A DNA stretch of 64,000 bases, taken from the NCBI GenBank assembly GCA_035546035.1, contig DASZXC010000008.1, positions 188,265-252,264 on the forward strand. The letters are read 5' to 3'. Made by a program: the position numbers and the translations under genes. Below the pieces are notes generated by a model. It made no database searches, was not told the DNA's origin, and worked only from the letters and a program-made list of their open reading frames with translations. This document shows positions 38,613-48,977 of the stretch, piece after piece. This DNA comes from Minisyncoccota bacterium. Lineage in GTDB: Bacteria; Patescibacteriota; Minisyncoccia; Phycocordibacterales; UBA6065. How positions within the stretch are numbered: position 1 is the first letter of the stretch; each line of letters begins with the position of its first letter.

Positions 38613-39536
38613 ATGCGTCTCCTTAAGAACGTCCTGTTGCTCGCCGTCGCCGGAGGCTTGTTCGCCGGGACATACTTCATCCTGACGAAGAGCCCGTGCT
38701 CGTCGGCGTTAACGTACAAGATCGGCGATTTCGATTCCCGATTCGGCATAGGCAGAGACGAATTCCTCGCGGACATAGCCGCCGCGGAAGCGGTCTGGGA
38801 AAAGCCGTTCCATGATCTCGGAAGGAAGGGGAACCTCTTCGCATATGATCCGGCCGGCGCCTTGCCGGTAAATCTTATCTATGACGTCCGCCAGGCGATG
38901 TCAGATAAAAATAAGATCCTGTCCGCGAACATAGATGATACGGTCGCCTCGGCGAATGCGATCAAGGCCCAGTTCCAATCGCTGAAAGACGAATATGCGG
39001 CCGATAAAAGCGAATACACAAACCTTTCTTCGCAATTCGAAGCGAGTCTTACGACATACAACAAAGAGACCGCCCGCTGGAATGCGGAGGGCGGCGCTCC
39101 GCAGGCCGAATATGATCGGCTCCAGGCCGAGAAAGCCCGTCTCGAGGCTCTCCGGAATCGGGTCAATGCCAAGGCCGATGCGTTGAACGGCCTAGGCGAT
39201 CAGATAAACGCTCTTATCGACAAATACAATTGGCTCGTGAATTCGGCGAACGAAACCGTAGACAAGATAAACCAGTCGGCGGAGAAGGAATTCGAAGAGG
39301 GCGATTACGTCTCCGACGCGGCCGGGCAGAGGATCGATGTCTATGAATTCGACGGCAAGACGCGGCTCGTCAGGCTCCTCGCGCATGAATTGGGGCATGC
39401 TCTGGGCATAGATCACAACGACGATCCGCAATCGATCATGTATTATCTGAACAAGGGGACGTCTCTTGTGCCTTCGGTCGAAGATATCGCCGCATTGAAA
39501 TCCGCCTGCGCTATCGTCCCAGCGCAAGGGTTATGA
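38613..39536 (+). CDS. Matrixin/M10 metalloprotease with coiled coil
   Basis: HELGHALGIDH and SIMY Met-turn. Confidence 0.88.
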   Translation: MRLLKNVLLLAVAGGLFAGTYFILTKSPCSSALTYKIGDFDSRFGIGRDEFLADIAAAEAVWEKPFHDLGRKGNLFAYDPAGALPVNLIYDVRQAMSDKNKILSANIDDTVASANAIKAQFQSLKDEYAADKSEYTNLSSQFEASLTTYNKETARWNAEGGAPQAEYDRLQAEKARLEALRNRVNAKADALNGLGDQINALIDKYNWLVNSANETVDKINQSAEKEFEEGDYVSDAAGQRIDVYEFDGKTRLVRLLAHELGHALGIDHNDDPQSIMYYLNKGTSLVPSVEDIAALKSACAIVPAQGL

Positions 39537-40179
39537 TTTTTTCTGCGCCCCCTTCGGCCAGCGCGCGCCTCGCCTCACCGAGCGTCGCTCCCGTCGTCAC
39601 GATATCGTCTATGACGACGACGGTCTTGCCCGCGAGGAAGGGCGGCGCGCCGCGATCCCCGCGCGATCTTTGTATGGCGAGCGTGTTTCGCACGTTCTCG
39701 AAACGCTCTATCTTATTTTTGCCGACCTGATCGGCGGTCTCGCGAGTCTTTATGAGGATATCCGTCCGTACTTCGAACCGGTCGTGGATGTCGGCTCGGG
39801 CCAAGCCTTCGACGATGAGGTCGCACTGGTTCCAGCCGCGGGTGAGCCGCTTCTTTTTGGTTATGGGAGTGGGGATGACGATAGATCCTTCAGGCATTTC
39901 CATCGCTTTAAGCTCGTCGAAGAGGATCTTTCCGAGAAGGTCGGCGATACGGCGGTTGGAGCGTTCTTTGATCTCCACGAGAGCTGCTTTGGCGGCGGCG
40001 GAGCGGTAGGGGAACAGCGAGATGACGCCGTCATGCTCGGCCCGGCCGGACGCGGCGTCCGGCCGGGCCTTTTTCAGGAATTCCTCCGTCGTCATGCGCT
40101 CTATCGCCGCTATGTCCGGATCCGCCGGCGCGACGACATCGGCTGCTAATACAAGAATCGATTTAAATAGCTTGAGCAT
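39511..40179 (-). CDS. comF: ComF-like phosphoribosyltransferase
   Basis: RGWNQ, VVIDDIVTTGATL. Confidence 0.85.
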   Translation of the reverse strand: MLKLFKSILVLAADVVAPADPDIAAIERMTTEEFLKKARPDAASGRAEHDGVISLFPYRSAAAKAALVEIKERSNRRIADLLGKILFDELKAMEMPEGSIVIPTPITKKKRLTRGWNQCDLIVEGLARADIHDRFEVRTDILIKTRETADQVGKNKIERFENVRNTLAIQRSRGDRGAPPFLAGKTVVVIDDIVTTGATLGEARRALAEGGAEKIITLALGR

Positions 40180-40238
40180 TCAGAAACCATACCTAAACGG
40201 CCTGAATAAAAACTGAAGCAGTGGTATAATCGGACCGT

Positions 40239-41372
40239 ATGGCCATTTCTTTTCTTAAAAATCTGTTTTCGGGCCTTTCTAAGAATACGGGACAGAGCGT
40301 TCTCGGCATAGACATCGGCTCTTCCTCCATAAAAGTCGTCCAGCTCCGCAAGAAAGGCGGCAAGGCGACTCTCGAAACGTACGGCGAACTGGCCCTTGGC
40401 CCGTACGCGGGCGTCGAGATCGGCCGCGCCACGAATCTGCCGAACGAAAAGATCGTCGAAGCCCTTCGCGACCTCCTCAAGGAGTCGAACGTGACGACGC
40501 GCTCGTGCGGCATCTCCATCGCCGCCGCGTCGAGCCTGCTCTCCTTCATCCGCATGCCGGATATGGACCAGAAGCAGCTTGCGACTATGATCCCGATCGA
40601 AGCGCGCAAATACATCCCGGTTCCGATAGCCGAAGTCGCCCTCGACTGGTGGGTCATCCCGAAGGAAGAGAGCTCTTTCTCCGAATTCGAAAAGGCTCCC
40701 GCTTCCGGCGCAGCTCCGCAGGACAAGGGTGTGGACGTGCTCCTCGTCGTCATCCATAACGACGTCCTCAATCGCCTCAATCAGATATCGCAGAGCGCCG
40801 AAGTCGCCGCGTCGTTCTATGAGATCGAGATATTCAGCTCGATGCGCTCCGTCGTGGACCAGGGGCTCGAATCGGTCATGGTATTCGATATGGGCGCAGG
40901 CTCGACCAAGCTCTACGTCATCGAGCGCGGCATACTGCGCGCGTCGCACACCATCAACCGCGGCTCGCAGGAGATCACGCTCGCGCTGTCGCGCTCGCTC
41001 GGATCGTCGATAGGGGACGCGGAGCACATAAAACGGACCATCGGTCTTTCGTCCGAACCGGACAATCAGAATATAAAAGAAGTCATCACTCTCAACCTCG
41101 ACTACATCTTCTCGGAGACGAATCGCGTCATCGGCAGCTACGAGCGCAAATACAATAAGAGCATATCGAAAGTCATACTCACGGGCGGCGGCTCGCTCCT
41201 AAAAGGCTTCCTCGACCTAGCCCGCGTCAAATTTCAGACCGAAGTCGTTCTCGGCGACCCGTTCGGAAAGACCGAATCTCCCGCCTTTTTGGAACCCGTT
41301 CTCCGCACGGCCGGTCCGGAATTCGCCGTCGCCATAGGGATCGCCCTCCGAAAGCTCCAGGAGTCGGAGTAA
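40239..41372 (+). CDS. pilM: Type IV pilus assembly protein PilM
   Basis: GIDIGSSSIKVV, DMGAGST, ILTGGG. Confidence 0.92.
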   Translation: MAISFLKNLFSGLSKNTGQSVLGIDIGSSSIKVVQLRKKGGKATLETYGELALGPYAGVEIGRATNLPNEKIVEALRDLLKESNVTTRSCGISIAAASSLLSFIRMPDMDQKQLATMIPIEARKYIPVPIAEVALDWWVIPKEESSFSEFEKAPASGAAPQDKGVDVLLVVIHNDVLNRLNQISQSAEVAASFYEIEIFSSMRSVVDQGLESVMVFDMGAGSTKLYVIERGILRASHTINRGSQEITLALSRSLGSSIGDAEHIKRTIGLSSEPDNQNIKEVITLNLDYIFSETNRVIGSYERKYNKSISKVILTGGGSLLKGFLDLARVKFQTEVVLGDPFGKTESPAFLEPVLRTAGPEFAVAIGIALRKLQESE

Positions 41373-41412
41373 TGGGGATAGCGGACGAGGGTCGCGTAGT
41401 ATAATAATTCCG

Positions 41413-42081
41413 ATGGATCCCCAATTCCGCACATCTTTCATACCCAAGAAACCGATCGTAGCCGCTCCGACGAGGTCATCTTCGTCTATCGGCCTTTTCT
41501 CCCTCCTCGCGACGGTGCTCTTCATCGTGACCGTCGCGGTCTCTGGCGGCATATTCTTCTACCAGAAGCTCCTCAATCAGCAGATAGATACGGACAAGGC
41601 ATCCCTCGACCGCGCTCGCGGAGCGTTCGAGCCCGATATCATCAACCAGATCATCCGCCTCGACTCGCGCATAGAGACGGGTAAGAAGCTCCTCGCGTCG
41701 CACCTCGCGGTGACGCCGTTCTTCGATTTCCTCGGCGGCGTGACGCTCAAGAGCGTCCGCTTCAAGGACTTCAATTTCTCATATATATCTCCCGACAAGA
41801 TCGTCGTCCTCATGAAAGGGCAGGCGACGAGCTATGCCGCGGTCGCCCTCGAATCCGATCTGCTCAATGCTCAGAAGAAGCTTTCTAGCACGATCATCTC
41901 CGACCTCGCTCTCGATCCGCAGGGGACGGTATCGTTCAGCGTCTCGACCGTCCTCGATCCGAGCCTCGTCTCGTTCTCGTCCATAGCGTCGGCGCAGCCT
42001 GTTCAGACCGCGCCTGCGGACGCTACTGCTTCGACGGCGCAGGCTTCGGGAACGACGACCTCTAATAGCAAAGCCCAATGA
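41413..42081 (+). CDS. PilN-like protein
   Basis: TSFIPKK, TM, coiled coil; follows pilM. Confidence 0.65.
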   Translation: MDPQFRTSFIPKKPIVAAPTRSSSSIGLFSLLATVLFIVTVAVSGGIFFYQKLLNQQIDTDKASLDRARGAFEPDIINQIIRLDSRIETGKKLLASHLAVTPFFDFLGGVTLKSVRFKDFNFSYISPDKIVVLMKGQATSYAAVALESDLLNAQKKLSSTIISDLALDPQGTVSFSVSTVLDPSLVSFSSIASAQPVQTAPADATASTAQASGTTTSNSKAQ

Positions 42082-42611
42082 GCAATATCATCTCCATAGT
42101 ACTCATACTCGCTTCATTCGGCCTCTTCTTCGGCTATATAGACCCGACATATACCAAGGTCCAGGGATTGCGCGTGGATAAAGCCGACTATGACAAGGCT
42201 CTCTCGAATTCGAAAGAGCTTCAGGCCGAGAGGGACAAGCTCCTCGAGAAGTTCAACCAGATGGACAAAGGCGACCTCGACAAGCTGTCCAAGCTCCTCC
42301 CGGACAACATCGACAACATCCGCCTCATCATAGACATAGACAACATGGCGCGAAACTACGGCATGAGGATCAGGAACTTCAAGACCGATACGGGAGCCAA
42401 GACGGACACCATCGGCAAGGACCTCACGCCGTACGGCACGCTGACGCTCACGTTCACGACGACGGCGCCGTATAACACGTTCCTGGCATTCCTTCACGAT
42501 CTCGAAAAGAGCCTTCGCGTCATAGACGTCACCGCGGCGCAGTTCTCGGTGAACGATACGAACCAGCTCTATGATTACAATGTCACCGTAAAGACCTATT
42601 GGCTAAAATAA
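42078..42611 (+). CDS. pilO: PilO-like protein
   Basis: TM, coiled coil, KLLPD, FLHDLEKSLRVIDV. Confidence 0.78.
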   Translation: MSNIISIVLILASFGLFFGYIDPTYTKVQGLRVDKADYDKALSNSKELQAERDKLLEKFNQMDKGDLDKLSKLLPDNIDNIRLIIDIDNMARNYGMRIRNFKTDTGAKTDTIGKDLTPYGTLTLTFTTTAPYNTFLAFLHDLEKSLRVIDVTAAQFSVNDTNQLYDYNVTVKTYWLK

Positions 42612-42612
42612 T

Positions 42613-42951
42613 ATGAGCAACGGATCAAGCAAAAGGAATCTCTTCATAGCCCTGGCGCTCATCATAGCGGTCGGCGTCGCGGGCTATCTCTATACCACTC
42701 GCGACAGGTCGTCTAGCGACCTTCTGGTCGAAGACTTCATCGCCACCTCGACCGTCTCTGTGGACAGCGACCTCCTCGCGACGCTCCGCCAGCTCAAAAA
42801 GCTCCGTCTCGACGACGCGATATTCTCGAGCCCAGCATGGCTCTCTCTGAAGGATTTCGGCCAAGTCATCCCGCCGCAGGCGCCGGGCAGGCCGAATCCG
42901 TTCGCGCCTATAGACGGCGGGGTGACGGCTGCGACGAGCACAGTCCGATAG
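42613..42951 (+). CDS. Small pilus-associated membrane protein (PilP position)
   Basis: TM plus GRPNPFAP. Confidence 0.6.
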   Translation: MSNGSSKRNLFIALALIIAVGVAGYLYTTRDRSSSDLLVEDFIATSTVSVDSDLLATLRQLKKLRLDDAIFSSPAWLSLKDFGQVIPPQAPGRPNPFAPIDGGVTAATSTVR

Positions 42952-42988
42952 CCTGCCCCTGCCGTTTCCGTCTCGCATTTCATATCGT

Positions 42989-44698
42989 ATGAGCGTACTC
43001 GACATACTCGTAAACAATAAGGTCATACAGAAAAAGGACGCCGCATCGGCTTCTGAAGAGGCGCGTATGACGGGCGCGCCCGTCGAAGCGATCCTCAAGA
43101 AGAAGGGCATATCCGACGACCAGCTCCTCGCTGCCAAGGGCGAGTATCTCGGCGTGCCGGTGAGATCCCTCAAAGACCAGACGATCCCGTTCGACATACT
43201 CAAATTCATCCCCGAAGAATCGGCGAACCATTATCAGTTCGTTCCGGTCGCGGTCAAGGATAACGTGCTCGAAGTCGGCGTGGTGGATCCTGACGACATC
43301 GAGGCGCGCGACGCGCTGAACTTTATCGCGGCCAAGGTCAATATGCCGTTCAAGGTCTTCCTCATATCAGAGGCGGATTTCAAGAGCGCGCTCACGCTCT
43401 ATAAAGGCCTTTCGGGCGAAGTGACCAAGGCGCTCTCTGAGCTCGAGACCGACATTGCCGACATAGACGGCGACGGCGCCCCTGAAGACAAAGCGCCTTC
43501 GAAGGGTGAGACCCGCATCATCGAAGACGCTCCGGTCACGAAGATCGTGGCGACTATGCTCCGCTATGCCGTCGAAGGCAACGCGTCGGATATCCATGTC
43601 GAGCGGCTTTCCGACAAGGTGCGCGTCCGCTTCCGCGTGGACGGCGACCTTCACACCTCGCTCGTCCTCCCGGTGAAAGTCCACGACGCCGTCATGGCCC
43701 GCATCAAGATCCTCTCGAATATGAAGCTCGACGAGAAGCGAAAGCCGCAGGACGGGCGCTTCTCGGCGCGTATCGAGGGCCGAAAAGTAGACTTCCGCGT
43801 CTCCACATTCCCGGCATATTATGGCGAAAAAGTGGTGATGCGCATCCTCGACCAGGAAAGGGGGATCAAATCGCTCGAAGACATCGGCTTCTCCGATCGG
43901 AACCTCACGGCCATCAGGACCGCTATGAAGCGCCCTTACGGGCTTATCCTCATCTCAGGCCCTACGGGCTCTGGCAAGTCCACGACGCTCTACGCGATGC
44001 TCAACGAGATAAACGACGAGGCCAAGAACGTGCTCTCGCTCGAAGATCCGATCGAATACAATATGGAAGGCGTGTCGCAGTCGCAGGTCCGGCCCGAGAT
44101 CGGCTACACGTTCGCGTCCGGCCTTCGCACCACGCTCCGCCAGGACCCCGATATCATCATGGTGGGCGAGATCCGCGACAAGGAGACGGCCCAGCTCGCC
44201 ATCCAGGCCGCGCTCACCGGCCATCTCGTGCTCTCGACGATCCATACCAATACGGCGATCGGCGTCATCCCGCGCCTCATAGACATGGGCGTCGATCCAT
44301 ACCTCATCGCTCCGACGCTTATATTGAGCATGGCCCAGCGCTTAGCGTCGCGCATATGCGAAGGCGGCAAGGAGCTCCCTGTCGAAGGGGCGATAGACAT
44401 GATGATAGACAAGCAGTTCTCCGATCTTCCGGCCGAATTCAAGAAAGCGGTGGTCAAGCCCAAGGCGGTCCTCGAAGCCCAGGCTTCCTCTGTCTGCCCG
44501 AACGGGGTCCGCGGCCGCATGGCCGTCGCCGAGGTGGTCGAAATGGACCACGAGCTCGAGCGCGCCATCCTTTCGAACGCCACCGAAGACGCCATATACA
44601 AGCTCGCGCGCGGCAGGGGCATGATCACCATGAAAGAAGACGCCATGCTCAAAGCCTTCAAGGGCGAGATCCCGTGGAGCGAAGTGAATAAGCTCTAA
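42989..44698 (+). CDS. pilB: Pilus assembly ATPase PilB/GspE
   Basis: ASDIH, PQDGR, GPTGSGKSTT, LRQDPDIIMVGEIRD, TGHLVLSTIH. Confidence 0.95.
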   Translation: MSVLDILVNNKVIQKKDAASASEEARMTGAPVEAILKKKGISDDQLLAAKGEYLGVPVRSLKDQTIPFDILKFIPEESANHYQFVPVAVKDNVLEVGVVDPDDIEARDALNFIAAKVNMPFKVFLISEADFKSALTLYKGLSGEVTKALSELETDIADIDGDGAPEDKAPSKGETRIIEDAPVTKIVATMLRYAVEGNASDIHVERLSDKVRVRFRVDGDLHTSLVLPVKVHDAVMARIKILSNMKLDEKRKPQDGRFSARIEGRKVDFRVSTFPAYYGEKVVMRILDQERGIKSLEDIGFSDRNLTAIRTAMKRPYGLILISGPTGSGKSTTLYAMLNEINDEAKNVLSLEDPIEYNMEGVSQSQVRPEIGYTFASGLRTTLRQDPDIIMVGEIRDKETAQLAIQAALTGHLVLSTIHTNTAIGVIPRLIDMGVDPYLIAPTLILSMAQRLASRICEGGKELPVEGAIDMMIDKQFSDLPAEFKKAVVKPKAVLEAQASSVCPNGVRGRMAVAEVVEMDHELERAILSNATEDAIYKLARGRGMITMKEDAMLKAFKGEIPWSEVNKL

Positions 44699-44721
44699 AT
44701 ATTCTGGTATATAATAGTCCT

Positions 44722-45138
44722 ATGCCGCCAGCAGCGAACGTTCCGAAGAAAAACATAAAGGTGCTCATCGTCGACGACGACAAGTTCCTCTTGGGCATGT
44801 ACTCGCTCAAATTCTCCAATAACGGATACGACGTCGATACGGGCGTAGGCTCGCAGGCCGCTCTCGACAAGCTCCGCGGAGGGTTCAAGCCCGACATCAT
44901 GCTCTTCGACATCGTCATGCCGTACATGGACGGCCTCGAGCTCCTCAAGACCGTGCGCGACGAGAAGCTCGCTCCCGAATCCGTCGTCGTCATGCTCACG
45001 AATCAGAGCCAGTCGTCGGATATCGAGCGCGCGAAAGAGCTCGGCGTCGACGGCTATATCGTCAAGGCGGCGACTATCCCGTCGGAAGTCCTCCATGAGG
45101 TCGAAAAGATATACGCGGTCAAGAAGGGGAAGAAATAA
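44722..45138 (+). CDS. Single-domain response regulator
   Basis: IVDDD, FDIVMPYMDG, MLTN, YIVK. Confidence 0.9.
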   Translation: MPPAANVPKKNIKVLIVDDDKFLLGMYSLKFSNNGYDVDTGVGSQAALDKLRGGFKPDIMLFDIVMPYMDGLELLKTVRDEKLAPESVVVMLTNQSQSSDIERAKELGVDGYIVKAATIPSEVLHEVEKIYAVKKGKK

Positions 45139-46205
45139 TGGCACTCGACTATAAAAAAGAATTCGAAGAGCTGGTAGAGACGGTGATGAAAGAGGCCGCA
45201 TCGGACCTGCATCTTTCCGTCGGCCGCTATCCGACCGTGCGCGTGAACGGATTCCTTATCCCTTTGATGAATCGCAAGGTGCTCACCAAAGAGGACATGC
45301 TCGGATTCCTCAAAGTCGTGCTCTCGGCGGAAGACCAGGAGCTCTTCGAAAGGAATAAAGAGATAGATTTTTCATACGACTATCACGATAAGGCGCGCTT
45401 CCGCGGCAACGGCTATTTCCAGCAGGGGAATATCTCGTTCGCGTTCCGCCTCATTCCTAAGAAGATCAGGTCGTTCGGCGAGCTCAATCTGCCGCCGATC
45501 CTCGAGACGTTCTGCGAGAAACAGCAGGGGTTCTTCCTCGTGGTCGGTCCCGTAGGGCACGGCAAGACGACGACCTTGGCCGCCATGGTCGAATGCATCA
45601 ACGAGCGCCGCGCCGAGCACATCATCACCATCGAAGACCCGATCGAATACGTGTATGAGCAGAAGAAGTCCATGATAGACCAGCGTGAAGTGCGCCTTGA
45701 CACCGTGGATTTCGGCTCGGCCCTCCGGTCGGTGTTCCGCGAGGACGTGGACGTCATCCTGATCGGCGAGATGCGCGGCATAGACACCATGGCGACAGCC
45801 GTGACCGCCGCAGAGACCGGCCATCTCGTCCTTTCGACCCTGCATACCAATAATGCGGCGCAGACCATAAACCGCATCATAGACTCGTTCCCGGCGAACC
45901 AGCAGGACCAGATCCGCATCCAGCTCGCGGCGACGCTTACCGGCATATTCTCTCAGCGCCTCATCCCGTCCATTTCGGGCGGGCTCGTCCCGGCATACGA
46001 ATTGCTCATCTCGACGCCGGCCGTCCAGAATCTCATCCGCGAGAAGCGCGTCCACGAGATCAACACCGTCATCGAAACGGGCGTAGACCAGGGAATGATA
46101 GACATGAACAGGTCGCTCGCCGAGCTCGTCCGAAAGGGGGAGATCACGGCAGAGAACGCATATCTCTTTTCGCCGAATCCGAAGGTCCTGGAAAGGCTCA
46201 TGTAA
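45138..46205 (+). CDS. pilT: Pilus retraction ATPase PilT
   Basis: ASDLH, GPVGHGKTTT, EDPIE, AAETGHLV. Confidence 0.93.
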   Translation: MALDYKKEFEELVETVMKEAASDLHLSVGRYPTVRVNGFLIPLMNRKVLTKEDMLGFLKVVLSAEDQELFERNKEIDFSYDYHDKARFRGNGYFQQGNISFAFRLIPKKIRSFGELNLPPILETFCEKQQGFFLVVGPVGHGKTTTLAAMVECINERRAEHIITIEDPIEYVYEQKKSMIDQREVRLDTVDFGSALRSVFREDVDVILIGEMRGIDTMATAVTAAETGHLVLSTLHTNNAAQTINRIIDSFPANQQDQIRIQLAATLTGIFSQRLIPSISGGLVPAYELLISTPAVQNLIREKRVHEINTVIETGVDQGMIDMNRSLAELVRKGEITAENAYLFSPNPKVLERLM

Positions 46206-46211
46206 CGCGCC

Positions 46212-47423
46212 ATGCTTTTTAATTACACAGCGGTAGACGACAAGGGGGCGGAATCGAAGGGGTCCATAGACGCTATATCCTTGGATGTCGCCATCTCCTC
46301 TTTGCAGCGTCGAGGACTGGTCATCAAGGAAGTGAATCCTGCCGAGAAGAGCGGCTCGTTCTTCGGCCGCGAGATATCCCTCTTCTCCGGCGTCTCGAAT
46401 AAGGAGGTCGTCGTGCTCTCGCGCCAGCTCGCGACGCTCTTCGAGGCGCAGGTCTCGGCGCTCCGCGTCTTCCGCCTGATCGCATCCGAAACGGAGAATC
46501 GCGCGCTGGGCCGCGCCCTCACCGAGGTCGCTGACGACCTTCAGGCGGGCTCCTCGATATCGAAAGCCCTTGCCAAGCATCCGAAGATATTCAGCGAATT
46601 CTATACGAACATGGTGCGTTCGGGCGAAGAGTCAGGCAAGCTCGACGAGGTGTTCATCTTTCTCGCCGACCACCTCGACCGATCATATGAAGTGAACTCC
46701 AAGGCGCGAAACGCACTCATCTATCCTGCCTTCGTCATCTTCACGTTCGTAACGGTCATGATACTCATGCTCACCGTCGTCATACCGAAGATCAGCACCA
46801 TCCTCACCGAGTCGGGCCAGGAGGTGCCGATATATACTAAGATCGTCATCGGCTTCTCGCATCTCCTCGTCACTTACGGCATATTCCTTCTCGTCGCGGC
46901 CATCATCGGCGGATTCTTCCTCTATCGCTTCCTCCGCACGCCGGCAGGGAAGACGTCTCTCGACAATGCTAAAATCGAGATGCCTTTCGTGAAAAACCTC
47001 TATCAGAAGCTCTATCTGTCGCGCATATCCGATAATATGAACACTATGCTCGTATCCGGCATCCCTATGGTGCGCGCGCTCGAGCTGACGGCCGACGTCG
47101 TCGGGAACGAAGTCTATAAGAAAGTCCTCATGGACGCGACCGAAGACGTGAAGGGCGGCAAATCCGTATCCGACGCGCTCGTGAATAAGCGGATCATTCC
47201 CGGCATCATGCTCCAGATGATCAAGGTGGGCGAGGAGTCGGGCGAGCTCGGCAAGATTCTCAAGACTCTTTCGGTGTTCTATGCCCGCGAGGTCGTGAAC
47301 GCCGTGGATACGCTCGTCGACCTCATAGAACCTGCCATGATCGTGCTTCTAGGCCTCGGCGTAGGCTTCCTTCTGGCGTCGGTCCTCATTCCTATCTATA
47401 ACATCTCCTCGAATATCTCGTAG
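46212..47423 (+). CDS. pilC: Pilus platform protein PilC/GspF
   Basis: SRQLATL, GEESGKL, YPAF, LIEP. Confidence 0.93.
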   Translation: MLFNYTAVDDKGAESKGSIDAISLDVAISSLQRRGLVIKEVNPAEKSGSFFGREISLFSGVSNKEVVVLSRQLATLFEAQVSALRVFRLIASETENRALGRALTEVADDLQAGSSISKALAKHPKIFSEFYTNMVRSGEESGKLDEVFIFLADHLDRSYEVNSKARNALIYPAFVIFTFVTVMILMLTVVIPKISTILTESGQEVPIYTKIVIGFSHLLVTYGIFLLVAAIIGGFFLYRFLRTPAGKTSLDNAKIEMPFVKNLYQKLYLSRISDNMNTMLVSGIPMVRALELTADVVGNEVYKKVLMDATEDVKGGKSVSDALVNKRIIPGIMLQMIKVGEESGELGKILKTLSVFYAREVVNAVDTLVDLIEPAMIVLLGLGVGFLLASVLIPIYNISSNIS

Positions 47424-47625
47424 CCGTCCCGATATCCGGTTATCCCCACGGCCTATTAGGCGTGAAAAAAAGCGTTTTGTATAATTGAAAGACCGGAATG
47501 GACCCATTTCGGTCGCTTCCCGGCCCGCCCAAGCGTTGAAGGATTCTGCTTGAAGCATTATTTTTGAGCCTTTGAGCGGAGCGGGAATCGGTCCGCATTA
47601 TCAGATCACTTTTAGAAAGATAGAT

Positions 47626-48081
47626 ATGAACAAGACAAAGGGCTTCACTCTCATCGAACTCCTCGTCGTGATCGCTATCATCGGCATCCTCTCGTCTGTC
47701 GTCTTGGCATCGCTCAATACGGCTCGAGGAAAGGGTTCTGATGCGGCTATCAAGTCGCAGCTCGCGGCTATCCGCCCGCAGGCTGAAATTTATTACGATA
47801 CGAACGGCAACTACGGTGCTGCGGCGGCGGCAACGTCGAACGGCCAGTGCGTAGTTTCGGGCACCATGTTCGCCGCTGACTCGACCATCGCTAATCAGAT
47901 CGCAGGCGTGAAGAACACCTCTGGCGCGACGCAGGTCATCTGCGGTACCAACGCGAACCCGGCGACCGCTTGGGCTATCTCGGCTCGCCTCGTTTCGAAC
48001 ACCGGGCAGTACTGGTGCGTAGACTCGACGGGCGCTTCGAAGCAGGAATCGGCTGCTATCACCGGTTCTGCCTGCCAGTAA
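47626..48081 (+). CDS. Type IV pilin (probable major pilin)
   Basis: KGFTLIELLVVIAIIGIL; own promoter, long leader and terminator. Confidence 0.92.
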   Translation: MNKTKGFTLIELLVVIAIIGILSSVVLASLNTARGKGSDAAIKSQLAAIRPQAEIYYDTNGNYGAAAAATSNGQCVVSGTMFAADSTIANQIAGVKNTSGATQVICGTNANPATAWAISARLVSNTGQYWCVDSTGASKQESAAITGSACQ

Positions 48082-48097
48082 TCGGATCCTCTTACGC

Positions 48098-48125
48098 AAA
48101 GCCGCCCCTCACGGGGTGGTTTTGT
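48098..48125 (+). terminator. Terminator after first pilin
   Basis: AAAGCCGCCCC-TCAC-GGGGTGGTTTTG. Confidence 0.65.
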
Positions 48126-48154
48126 TTTGCATGAGCATTGTTTATAATATCTGC

Positions 48155-48583
48155 ATGATCAAAAGAGGATTCACCCTGATCGAGCTCCTGGTCGTGATAT
48201 CGATCATCTCGCTTTTGTCGTCAGTCGTCATATCCACGCTCTCCGCGGCCCGCACCAAGGGCGCCGACGGGGCAGTGAAGGCGGCGATGAAGCAGATGCA
48301 TACCCAGGCGCAGAATTACCTTGATTCCAACACAGACTTGGGGACAAGCCTTTCGGCCTGCACGTCGGGCGTATTCGCGGATACTCAATTCGCCGCTATC
48401 CGCGCGAACGTGCTTTCGAATGCCGCTCCCGGCGCGACCATGACTTGCGCGACCGATTCGACGGGCAGCAAATGGGCGGTCGGGGTTTCGGCATTGAAGG
48501 GCGGCGGCACGTGGTGCACCGACAACAGCCAGGGCTGGTTCAAGGCCGGAACGGTCAATGCCGCGAACGGCGTCTGCCAATAA
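48155..48583 (+). CDS. Type IV pilin
   Basis: RGFTLIELL. Confidence 0.9.
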   Translation: MIKRGFTLIELLVVISIISLLSSVVISTLSAARTKGADGAVKAAMKQMHTQAQNYLDSNTDLGTSLSACTSGVFADTQFAAIRANVLSNAAPGATMTCATDSTGSKWAVGVSALKGGGTWCTDNSQGWFKAGTVNAANGVCQ

Positions 48584-48589
48584 CCTGCC

Positions 48590-48976
48590 ATGCGAAACAC
48601 TCGCGCTTTCACTCTCGTCGAGATACTCATCGTGCTCTCGATCGTCGGCGTCCTTACGGCGATCGTCATAGATTCTACGACAGCGTCGCGCTCGAAGGCG
48701 CGCGATACGCGCCGCATCTCCGACATGAAAGAGATCCAGATCGGCCTCGCGCTCTATTACGACGTCAACCGCGCCTATCCGTCAGACCTTGCGACGCTCG
48801 AGGCCCAGAAATACCTGCCGTCGATCCCGACCGACCCTCTCGGCTCTTCCTATGAATACGCGCAGGGGACCGATACGTACTGCCTCGGCGTGACGCTCGA
48901 AGGCGCCGTCCCTGCAGATTCGGCGTCGTGCACGAGCGGTCCGTCGGCGAACTACAAGGCGCTCCCTCCGCAGTAA
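48590..48976 (+). CDS. Pilin/GspG-like pseudopilin
   Basis: RAFTLVEIL, ARDTRRISD, IPTDP. Confidence 0.88.
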   Translation: MRNTRAFTLVEILIVLSIVGVLTAIVIDSTTASRSKARDTRRISDMKEIQIGLALYYDVNRAYPSDLATLEAQKYLPSIPTDPLGSSYEYAQGTDTYCLGVTLEGAVPADSASCTSGPSANYKALPPQ

Positions 48977-48977
48977 T

